Positions 10,017-17,918 of a stretch of DNA of 64,000 nt are shown here, one piece after another. Each line of letters opens with the position of its first letter. Within the stretch, counting starts at the first letter, position 1. This DNA is from an uncultured cyanobacterium. GTDB taxonomy: Bacteria > Cyanobacteriota > Cyanobacteriia > Cyanobacteriales > CAWCAG01. The DNA lies in NCBI GenBank assembly GCA_963803805.1, contig CAWDOD010000003.1, positions 32,001-96,000 of the forward strand, read 5' to 3'. A model generated the notes under the pieces. That model did no database searches, was not told the DNA's origin, and saw nothing but the letters and a program-made list of their open reading frames with translations. The translations under genes and the position numbers were made by a program.

Positions 10017-10154
10017 GTGCTACAACAATGTATAACCGCAATTACGGCGGATTCGACTGCGTCCGAATCCACTCGGAATTGCTAAGCCAGTGTTCAACCG
10101 AAAAAACAGTAACTTTAAACCCGTAACTGACGGTTATACCAACCGTTGGGCACA
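10017..10154 (+). repeat. attC-like site 8
   Basis: GTGCTACAAC(10017-10026)-AAT-GTATAACCGCAATTACGG...CCGTAACTGACGGTTATAC-CAACC-GTTGGGCACA(10145-10154). Confidence 0.85.
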
Positions 10155-10229
10155 ATTAAAACCGACTTCCGATTAAACCTTTTCAATTTTTGTGCATCTA
10201 ATTCTATATTGAACTTATAAACAGAAAAA

Positions 10230-12215
10230 ATGAAAAAAGTGTACCTCACAATTATAACCACTTTCTTAACGCTTGGAATTACTGCTCAAACTATTCAACA
10301 ACTCATAGATTCGGCAGCAACCTTTCCGCCTATGCCAAGGGGCACAGCAGATATGATTCCATTTGTTCAGGGCTTTCCAACTTTCGCTTCAGGAGCACCT
10401 TTCAACGATTTGGATTTTACACTTCTTGACACAGACTATATGGATGGCGAGAATAGTGGTGGAGATGTTTTTATGCCTGTTGACCCTTCAGACCAATTCC
10501 CAGGAGCCGATAAAGTAAAATATATCCGTTGCATTTTAAACACGGATTTAAATCAAGCCTATGGTAGTGCAGATATTGATAGAGTAATTCTTGGAACTCA
10601 CGAAATTAGCGTACCCTTTTTTTTACGTGGCGCTGACGGCATCGACAACGATTATGCTGTTATTCAGCACCTCGATTTTGAAGCGGGATATATTCAGCTT
10701 AAAGGTTCTGCCAATGACTACGATTTGGTATATTGTACTTTAGCTGATGGCTGCCAAACAGAAGGGTGGTATTTATTTTATACTGCCAATAACAGTATAG
10801 ACCTTATTGCATTCATCTATCCTTGCTGGGATATTGAACCTTCTGTAAGTGGTAATCCACCAAATAATCCCAACCCTATTTGTAACTCAGATAGTACCTT
10901 GAGCTTAACTAATCCTACTCATTTCAAATACGCCCAGCCCATTAACACGAATATCACTTTGACAAATGGGATTGCTCAATTTGGAAGCAATGGAAAAGAA
11001 GTCATTGGTGGAATGACAGTCGATAGCCAGGGCAATACATATTTATTTGGACTTACAGACGGCAACTTAGATGGGAATACTGATGCTGACAATGAAATCT
11101 TTGTCATCAAACTTGACATTAACGGAAACCGACAATGGGTGACAGAACTTCCAATGGCAGAAGGAACAATTTTGAAAGACGGAATTACAGACAATCAATT
11201 TTTGTATGTCTGTGGACGGACTTTGGGAAATTTGCCAGGCTTTACGAATGCAGGAAGATGGGACGGCATTATTTTAAAACTTGACCTCTCAAACGGACAA
11301 ATTATAGCGTCAGACCAATGGGGAAATGCAGGAATTGACGGTTATGGAAACATAGAACAAGACGATAACGGAAATATTTTTGTTTCAGCGCAAGGCTCGC
11401 CCGTTGGACAAGGCGGAACAGATGATGTGTATTTGGTTGCCAAACACAGCAAATCTGACCTATCCAACATTTGGCGTGAATTGAATGCACCGAACGCCAC
11501 AGGTTTTATTGCCTCTGCCGAAGCGTGGGGCGGTCTTACTTATGTTCCAAACCAAACCCCAGGTGATGGTAGGCTCATTGCTGGTGGTTGGTATTTTTCG
11601 AATTTAGGAGCTAATGCATTCGTTTCCGTATATGAAAATCTTAACTCTGCCAATCCTACTCGACCACATTCCGAAATAATCAATACACAAGGAATAAGAG
11701 CCGATTGGGTATTAGATAATGCGGTAGACAGTCAAGGAAATATATATGTAGCAGGTTTTACTACAGGCAATTTAGGTTCAACACCACTTGGCGAAGGAGA
11801 TGCCTATATTATCAAGTATTCCCCTCAACTGACAAATCCTGTTTATCTGCAATTTGGAACCAACAAATCAGACCTAATTAGGAAGTTGATTATTCAAAAT
11901 GACACACTCTACACTGTCGGCTACACTTATGGAAACTATATTGGGAATAATGCCGACCCAAATCTACTTTCAGGAGATGTATTTATTCAAAAGTTAGATG
12001 CTAACTTGAACCTTTTAAACGGAATTCAATTCGGAACACCACACGAAGACCGTGGCTTTGGTTATTTAAGAGATACGAATCTATGGATTGGCGGAATGAC
12101 CGAAGGCTATATGTCAGGAAACAATCTTGGTTCTTTTGACGGGTTTCTTGCTGCGGTAAATACGACAGACCTTTCATTGAATAACCGATTGAATAAGAAA
12201 ATTATAAAAGAATAA
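10230..12215 (+). CDS. Secreted SBBP-repeat (beta-propeller) protein
   Basis: Signal peptide; repeats VDSQGNTYLFGLTDG and AVDSQGNIYVAGFTTG, DAYIIKY, DVFIQK; ends in KKIIKE. Confidence 0.75.
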   Translation: MKKVYLTIITTFLTLGITAQTIQQLIDSAATFPPMPRGTADMIPFVQGFPTFASGAPFNDLDFTLLDTDYMDGENSGGDVFMPVDPSDQFPGADKVKYIRCILNTDLNQAYGSADIDRVILGTHEISVPFFLRGADGIDNDYAVIQHLDFEAGYIQLKGSANDYDLVYCTLADGCQTEGWYLFYTANNSIDLIAFIYPCWDIEPSVSGNPPNNPNPICNSDSTLSLTNPTHFKYAQPINTNITLTNGIAQFGSNGKEVIGGMTVDSQGNTYLFGLTDGNLDGNTDADNEIFVIKLDINGNRQWVTELPMAEGTILKDGITDNQFLYVCGRTLGNLPGFTNAGRWDGIILKLDLSNGQIIASDQWGNAGIDGYGNIEQDDNGNIFVSAQGSPVGQGGTDDVYLVAKHSKSDLSNIWRELNAPNATGFIASAEAWGGLTYVPNQTPGDGRLIAGGWYFSNLGANAFVSVYENLNSANPTRPHSEIINTQGIRADWVLDNAVDSQGNIYVAGFTTGNLGSTPLGEGDAYIIKYSPQLTNPVYLQFGTNKSDLIRKLIIQNDTLYTVGYTYGNYIGNNADPNLLSGDVFIQKLDANLNLLNGIQFGTPHEDRGFGYLRDTNLWIGGMTEGYMSGNNLGSFDGFLAAVNTTDLSLNNRLNKKIIKE

Positions 12216-12223
12216 CTGTGCCC

Positions 12224-12302
12224 AACAACTAAGCATTCGTGTGGTCGGTACGACCCAACATAGCCTGTCCCGCAATTCGGGAAATGCAGTGTTGAGCGAA
12301 TC
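12224..12302 (-). repeat. Hairpin att/ori site of the recombinase-transposase module (inverted attC-like site)
   Basis: Minus strand: GATTCGCTCAAC-ACT-GCATT...GGTCG/CGACC stem...AATGC-TTAGTT-GTT; same 3-nt/5-6-nt spacer asymmetry as array sites but on the opposite strand; contains a TCCCG-N5-CGGGA palindrome at 12268-12282. Confidence 0.65.
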
Positions 12303-12927
12303 AGTAGCTTGCTAGAAGTGCTGCACCCTTATGGGTAAACCGAAATGATTGAGTTTAATGTCAGGGCTTAAAAGTGTTTACTTTTAAGCTGGAAGGAGTA
12401 GTCAAATCAAGTATTTTAAGGCTTTATCATATGACTTTTAATATTTTCATTGATTGAGGAGCTATTTTTTCCTCATTTTAGCACATTTTGAGCGTAGTTT
12501 TTCCATTACGCCCATTGCCGTTTCATTTTTTAGTGTCCTTTTAGTTTATTGAGCCAATGAAGAGGTGGTCCCCTTTGATCAAAGACTGCCACGGTTTGAA
12601 GTTTTCCTTTTTTGCAGGTTGGGCAGATGCCCAAGCAGGTAGCGATTGATTCAGCAATAATAATTTCAAGCTTACCTATTTGGCTCTCTATTATCGCCTT
12701 ACATGCTTTTTTACGGCTGCCCGATAAAATACCAAAATGCCTGATTCGAGTAACACCTTTTGGCAGGATATGCATGGCAAACCTTCTGATAAATTCCTTT
12801 GTCTTTAAAGTCACCACATGCTTTTTGCCACCTCTCCTGTACTCTTTGGCAGAGAAGCTGACCCCGTCCTTGTCCACATCGATCAGCCGGTGGTTGCTGA
12901 TGGCCACTTTATGGGTATACCTGCCTA

Positions 12928-12947
12928 GCCCCGATAGCTATCGGGGC
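12928..12947. repeat. Perfect 20-bp palindrome GCCCCGATAGCTATCGGGGC in the transposase
   Basis: Read directly; frameshifts the gene at the inferred YxxRY motif. Confidence 0.85.
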
Positions 12948-13443
12948 CACTACTTGAGTAGGTCCATAAAATTGTTGCTTGCAATAGATCACCCAGTTCT
13001 TTTTAAACAACAGTTGGCCCTCCTGCTTGGTCAGCAGTTCTTCTTTTCTTAATGCGGCCACCATCTTTGCTCTAAATACTTTGCTCATGGCCTTTACAGG
13101 GAAAAGATATTTGCCCTTTCCCTTACCCTCTTTCCATTTTCCCGATCGGGTCAATCCCCCTGAAGGAATGATACAGTGAAGATGTGGGTGCAGGCTCAGG
13201 TTCTGCCCCCATGTATGGAGCACGGCAATCATGCCGTTGTGGGCGCCCATCAACTTGGGGTTAGCCGCAAAATCCTTTACCACTTGCCAAGCTGTTTTGA
13301 ACAATAGCGCATATAGCAATCCAGGCTGTTCCAAGGCCAAACCATTGAGGGTATCGGGCAGGGAAAACACCGTATGAAAATAGGAGGTGTTGAGTAAATC
13401 CTTTTCCCTTTCCTGCACCCACTTTTGCTGTAGGTGCCCTTGA

Positions 13444-13461
13444 TCCCGATAGCTATCGGGA
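13444..13461. repeat. Perfect 18-bp palindrome TCCCGATAGCTATCGGGA in the transposase
   Basis: Read directly; frameshifts the gene at the inferred HCPxC zinc-binding motif. Confidence 0.85.
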
Positions 13462-13665
13462 GGCAGTGCCTGTTGCGGCAGCTATTGTAGCTGAGGTGCA
13501 ATTTATTGCATTTAGGATTATCACAGCGATCAAGGTGACCTCCCATGGCAGACGTCCTGCATTTTGCCAATGCATACAGCGTCCTGCGCTTCCAGCTATT
13601 GCCGATAAGACTTGGCAGTTCATGTAGCTGTTGTTGCAGGATTTGCTGTACTTCAAAAGTGGGCT

Positions 13666-14526
13666 TCATGACCGGTAGAGTTTCTCTAAAGGAGAAAAAG
13701 GCAGTTGCCTGCCCACCCTTGCCACATGCAGGTAGCCCAAGGTGGTCTGGATGTCACCATGCCCGAGCAGATCTTTGAGGGTGATGATATCGGTGCCCAT
13801 TTCCAGCAGATGGGTGGCGTAGCTGTGACGAAGGGTATGGGCTGTGATTTGCTTCTTGATACCTGAGCGTTGCCTGGCTTCACGCATCACCCATTGCACT
13901 CCTCTGGTGGAAAGCCCGGTATATCCTCCTTCTTCATCGGATTGCCCGTTGAAAAGAAATTCAACAGGTTTTTCCGCTTCAAGATAGGTTTCAACGCCAC
14001 GGATCAGTAAGTCACAAAGCGGAACATAGCGGTCTTTCTTTCCTTTTCCCTCCCTCACATGGAGCTGTTTCCTGATTAAATCAAGATCAACAATTTTAAG
14101 CTTGCACAACTCGAAGTTCCTCAGCCCACAGCCATAGAGCAACGCCATCATTAATCGGTGCTTCAGTAGTTTTGGAGTCTTTAAAAGTAAGCGTACTTCT
14201 TGCTGACTTAATACAACGGGTAGTGCCTTCTGCCTTCCAATGGAGGGTAATATCACCCTGCTTTCTGTGCGGTCAAATATCCTGTAGAGGTAGCGAAGTC
14301 CGTAAACGGTGTGCTTGAAGAAGCTATCAGAAGGCGTCTTCCTTTTGGACTTTAACATGTGCAGATAATCCAGGATTTGCTCGTCATCCAGTTCCAGCAA
14401 ATCACATTGCAAGTGCAGACCCATATGTGCCAAACACCTCCCATAATTAGTGAGTGTGCTCTGGCTTTTGCCGGCAATATCAATACTTCTTCTTAGCCTT
14501 TTGTACTGTAGGCCGAAGCCTGGCAC
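13666..14526 (-). CDS. Tyrosine recombinase/integrase (IS91-associated type, not canonical IntI)
   Basis: Catalytic set GLR, REGKGKKDR, HTLRHSYATHLLE, LLGH, TTLGY; N-terminal SAM-like domain; an upstream ATG (14567-14569) is out of frame by one base in an A8 run. Confidence 0.92.
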   Translation of the reverse strand: MPGFGLQYKRLRRSIDIAGKSQSTLTNYGRCLAHMGLHLQCDLLELDDEQILDYLHMLKSKRKTPSDSFFKHTVYGLRYLYRIFDRTESRVILPSIGRQKALPVVLSQQEVRLLLKTPKLLKHRLMMALLYGCGLRNFELCKLKIVDLDLIRKQLHVREGKGKKDRYVPLCDLLIRGVETYLEAEKPVEFLFNGQSDEEGGYTGLSTRGVQWVMREARQRSGIKKQITAHTLRHSYATHLLEMGTDIITLKDLLGHGDIQTTLGYLHVARVGRQLPFSPLEKLYRS

Positions 14527-14659
14527 AGCTTGACAGGCTTTTTCAATTAGGGTATTACTTTTTTTTCATAACTTATAATTTAATGAATGAATACTCAACC
14601 TAAGTTACGGAAGTCTGAACAAATTGTCAGGCTTCCGCCCTTAGGCGGATTCGTTCAAC

Positions 14660-14784
14660 AATGTATATAAAAAATAGGCGATTTAGTAATAAATTCAAGG
14701 TTTTTGCTCATATCAAACTTTGTGTTTAACCGAGAGTTCAGTGATTCGATATCGCCTACTTTTCATATACTAAACGTTAGCGGT
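14660..14784 (+). repeat. attC-like site 9, right part (left core TGTGCCCAAC at 12217-12226)
   Basis: AAT-GTATATAAAAAATAGGCGAT...ATCGCCTACTTTTCATATAC-TAAAC-GTTAGCGGT(14776-14784); near-paralog of site 4. Confidence 0.85.
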
Positions 14785-14833
14785 AATGCAAAAAACACTC
14801 TACAAGAAAACAAAAATTCTAAAATAGAAAGAA

Positions 14834-15322
14834 ATGACAGAGTTAGAAGACAAATTTGAAATTTACGAATTGGCGTATAAGTTTGCTGATGCGGCCAATC
14901 GAAAAGACGGAAAAATGTTTCAATCCCTTTGGGCAGACGAAGGTGCTGAATGGATTATTGGAAAACCCATAAATAAAGAATTTAAAGGAAAAGAAAATAT
15001 GGGTGGGTATGTAACGCAAATGCTCGGGCTTTGGGAATTTTTTGTGCAGATGGTTACTGGCGGAGTTGTAATACTAAAAGGAAATGAGGCATATGCACGT
15101 TTTTATGTTCAAGAAATTGCAAATGGAAAGAATGAAACAGGGAACCATAACCTGAGTATGTACGAGGACGAATTGATAAAAAATGATGGTCTTTGGTACT
15201 TTAAAAAAAGAACATATCATACCATATTTCAATCAACGGAAAGACAAAAGGGAGAAGTTATACAAGTTCCAGATTTACCAGAATGGAGTAAAGAAAAATC
15301 GTTGAACACTAGAGCACAATAG
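14834..15322 (+). CDS. NTF2/SnoaL-like protein
   Basis: IYELAYKFADAANRKD..F.SLW; YEDEL...DGLWYFKKR. Confidence 0.8.
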   Translation: MTELEDKFEIYELAYKFADAANRKDGKMFQSLWADEGAEWIIGKPINKEFKGKENMGGYVTQMLGLWEFFVQMVTGGVVILKGNEAYARFYVQEIANGKNETGNHNLSMYEDELIKNDGLWYFKKRTYHTIFQSTERQKGEVIQVPDLPEWSKEKSLNTRAQ

Positions 15323-15348
15323 TCAATATAAACAAAAATTCTAAAAAT

Positions 15349-16068
15349 ATGAAAAAAGTTATTCATAAAGCAGAAACGAGAGGACACGCAAATCACGGCT
15401 GGTTAGACAGTTATCACACTTTTAGTTTTGCAAATTATCACAATCTTGAGCGAATGAATTTTGGTGTTTTAAGAGTTTTAAATGACGACACCGTATCTGG
15501 AGGAATGGGATTTGGGAAACATCCACATAGAGATATGGAAATAATAAGCATACCGCTTGAAGGAACTCTAAAACACGAAGATAGTATGGGTACGAAAAGT
15601 ATCATTGAAAGCGGTGATGTTCAAGTAATGAGTGCTGGTACAGGAGTAACACACAGCGAAAAAAATGCAAGTCAAACTGAAACCGTAAAATTTCTACAAA
15701 TATGGATTATTCCGAAAAAGTTGGGATTGGAACCACGCTATGGTGAAATCAACTTATCTGATGGTGCAAAACCCAACGATTTTCAACAGATAGTTTCACC
15801 CAATAAAGACGATGCCGGAACTTGGATTAATCAAGATGCTTGGCTCAACCTTGCTAATTTCGACAAAGGAACCACCAAAGAGTATTGTATTCAAAAGAAC
15901 ACAAATGGCATCTATGTTTTCATAATTGAGGGTAAGGCAAAAATAAATAATCAATTATTGGAAAAGCGTGACGGTTTAGGCATTTCAGAAACACAATCTT
16001 TCAAAGTTGAGGCGATAGAAAATTCACAGATACTTTTAATTGAAGTACCTATGGAATTGCCCGAATAA
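15349..16068 (+). CDS. Pirin family protein
   Basis: RGHANHGWLDSYHTFSF, GFGKHPHRDMEIIS, MSAGTGVTHSE, FLQIWI. Confidence 0.95.
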   Translation: MKKVIHKAETRGHANHGWLDSYHTFSFANYHNLERMNFGVLRVLNDDTVSGGMGFGKHPHRDMEIISIPLEGTLKHEDSMGTKSIIESGDVQVMSAGTGVTHSEKNASQTETVKFLQIWIIPKKLGLEPRYGEINLSDGAKPNDFQQIVSPNKDDAGTWINQDAWLNLANFDKGTTKEYCIQKNTNGIYVFIIEGKAKINNQLLEKRDGLGISETQSFKVEAIENSQILLIEVPMELPE

Positions 16069-16077
16069 ATTAAAATT

Positions 16078-17006
16078 ATGAAAAACTCAAGTAAACTAAA
16101 AACACTCCTCTACAAAGGAAACGAAAAAAGCAAATTGACCTTGCATCTGTTTTTGCAGATTATCGGCAAGATACGAATGAATAAAACCGAACGTAAAAAC
16201 CATTGGTGGTATATCACAGAATATATCGATACTAAAGGGATTTCATCGGGTGCTATTCCATACGATAACGGAAATAATACCTTCAAAATTACCATTAACG
16301 TTTTACAACACCTTTAGAAGTCGAAAACTCAAAAGGCGGTTTCAATTCTTTTGAATTATCATCAAGCTTGACCGTTGCAGAATTCTTCAAAAAAATATCC
16401 AATATTTTGAAAGAGCAAAACATCCCTTTTACAATTTTTGACAAACCGTTTGACTTAAGTATTGATAGCAAATTTGGACAGATTAATGATTTACATCATT
16501 ATGATAAAGACTATGTTTTTGAGCTTTGGAAAGCCTTGCTTTGGGTAGATACTGTATTTAAAGAATTTAGTGGCAGGTTTTACGGTAAAACCTGTCCAGT
16601 TCATTTATATTGGCACTCAATGGATTTAACGGTAACACGATTTTCTGGCAAAAAAGCACCACCAATGCCAAACGATGCAAGAATTTCCGATAAGGATGCC
16701 TATTCGCACGAGGTCATCAGTTTTGGTTTTTGGCCAGGCGATGAAAATGTACAGGAACCAGCCTTTTATTCTTACACATATCCTTCACCAAAAGGTATAG
16801 ACAAAGAGATTATTTTACCCCAACAAGCTAAGTGGGTCGAAGTCAACAACAGCCCGATGGCGATATTGAAATATAATGATTTAGTGAATGAAAAGAACCC
16901 ACGGAAATCATTGTTGGAATTTTTACAAACCACTTATCATGCAGGTGCTAAATTAGCAAAGTGGGATATAAAAGGTTTTGAAGTTCCAGACTTAAATAAA
17001 TTATAA
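16078..17006 (+). pseudogene. DUF5996-like protein, frameshifted near 16312
   Basis: TLHLFLQIIGKIR..NHWW; FYGKTCPVHLYWHSMDL, AYSHEVISFGFWPG, PAFYSYTYPSP; ORFs join with one base restored. Confidence 0.7.
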
Positions 17007-17018
17007 GAAGAAACAATT

Positions 17019-17085
17019 ATGGTTAAAATTGACATCGAAAATAACGGTAAGAAAGGTCGTTTTGCAATTTACGAAGATGATATAG
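17019..17085 (+). pseudogene. 5' fragment of a short GNAT (YjdJ-like) gene truncated at the junction
   Basis: MVKIDIENNGKKGRFAIYEDD resembles the N-terminus of this family; the expected AGEMTY continuation is absent. Confidence 0.55.
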
Positions 17086-17270
17086 AAACTGCTCAAAAAA
17101 GAAAACTTCAGAGTTCAAAACTCAGAGTTACTACAATAGCATTGAGTATAGGTACGGCATATAGAGGGAACTGCTATAAGCAAAAAATCAGGGTTATGTA
17201 TCTAAATCTTATATTTTCAAAACCAAGATGCTAGTACCGCCGTAAACATAAATAGTACGGGGTCAAAAGA

Positions 17271-17843
17271 ATGAGCACCAGTATGACAAAAGCACTGTTA
17301 ATATTAGGCGAACTTAATAACGATGATTTAGACTGGATAATTCAAAAAAGTAGAAAAGAAACTATCTTAGCTGGAGATACTTTAATCTACGAAGGACAAA
17401 AAATCAATGCTCTCTACATAGTTTTGAGCGGTACTTTCAGCGTTATTATCCAATCTTTAGGTAATCGGGAACTAGCTAAAATATCTAGTGGAGAGGTAGT
17501 AGGAGAAATTTCTTTTGTGGATATTCGTCCTCCTGTTGCTACTGTTAAAGCATTAGAAGATTCTACAATACTTGCTATTCCCAGATTACAATTAACCACT
17601 AAACTCGAACAAGATACAGGTTTTGCTTCACGATTTTTTCATGGTATTTCCCTTTGTTTAGCAAATCGGATGCGAGGAACAGTCAGACGTTTGGGTTATG
17701 GTATTGAACTAGAAAGGACTCAAGAAGAAAAGCAATCTTTTGCAGGGAAAGACGAACTTAATCCTAGAGCATTAGAACATTCTGAACTAGCTCAAACTCG
17801 ATTCAATTGGCTTAAACATATGTCCCATGAGTCTAAGGTTTAA
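17271..17843 (+). CDS. Cyclic-nucleotide-binding domain protein
   Basis: LIYEGQ..LYIVLSG, GEVVGEISFVD.RPPVATVKA. Confidence 0.85.
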   Translation: MSTSMTKALLILGELNNDDLDWIIQKSRKETILAGDTLIYEGQKINALYIVLSGTFSVIIQSLGNRELAKISSGEVVGEISFVDIRPPVATVKALEDSTILAIPRLQLTTKLEQDTGFASRFFHGISLCLANRMRGTVRRLGYGIELERTQEEKQSFAGKDELNPRALEHSELAQTRFNWLKHMSHESKV

Positions 17844-17918
17844 ATTATGAATTAGAAGAGGAGGAAATTTTCTCGCGATGAGTAATTGCTTCCTCGAAAC
17901 AAGAAATTATAAATATTA

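Larger units (their letters stand above)
12530..13669 (-). pseudogene. IS91-family transposase, split into three ORFs by two palindromic insertions
   Basis: Zn-finger CRT..MGGH..C..YNSCRNRHC, YFHTVFSLP, HTWGQNLSLHPHLHCIIP (HUH), LGRYTHKVAISNHRL, EFIRRFAMHILPKG..RIRHFG; ATG overlaps the integrase TGA (ATGA). Confidence 0.92.
12227..14659 (-). mobile_element. IS91-family-like element carrying tyrosine recombinase + HUH(Y2) transposase, inserted at the AAC of attC-like site 9
   Basis: Removing 12227-14659 restores GTGCCCAAC|AATGTATATAAAAAATAGGCG, a site-4-like site; CAACAA at both junctions (12223-12228, 14656-14661); TCCGCC-CTTA-GGCGGA hairpin at 14634-14649; visibly more GC-rich than the flanks. 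Confidence 0.85.

Noticed and set aside
13141-13150. CCCGATCGGG palindrome in tnp as a third coding insertion
   Set aside because: It is in frame within a normal-looking GGLTRSGKW segment, with no frameshift.
678-14784. CRISPR array or simple rho-independent terminators as the explanation for the intergenic hairpins
   Set aside because: Units are gene-sized, repeats are not identical, no cas genes are present, the stems lack U-tracts, and they pair better on the non-coding strand.
13666-14784. Classical integron platform (intI + attI) with cassettes starting at 14776
   Set aside because: The recombinase lacks the IntI-specific insertion, co-oriented cassettes lie on both sides, and 14660-14784 is the right part of a split attC-like site rather than an attI.
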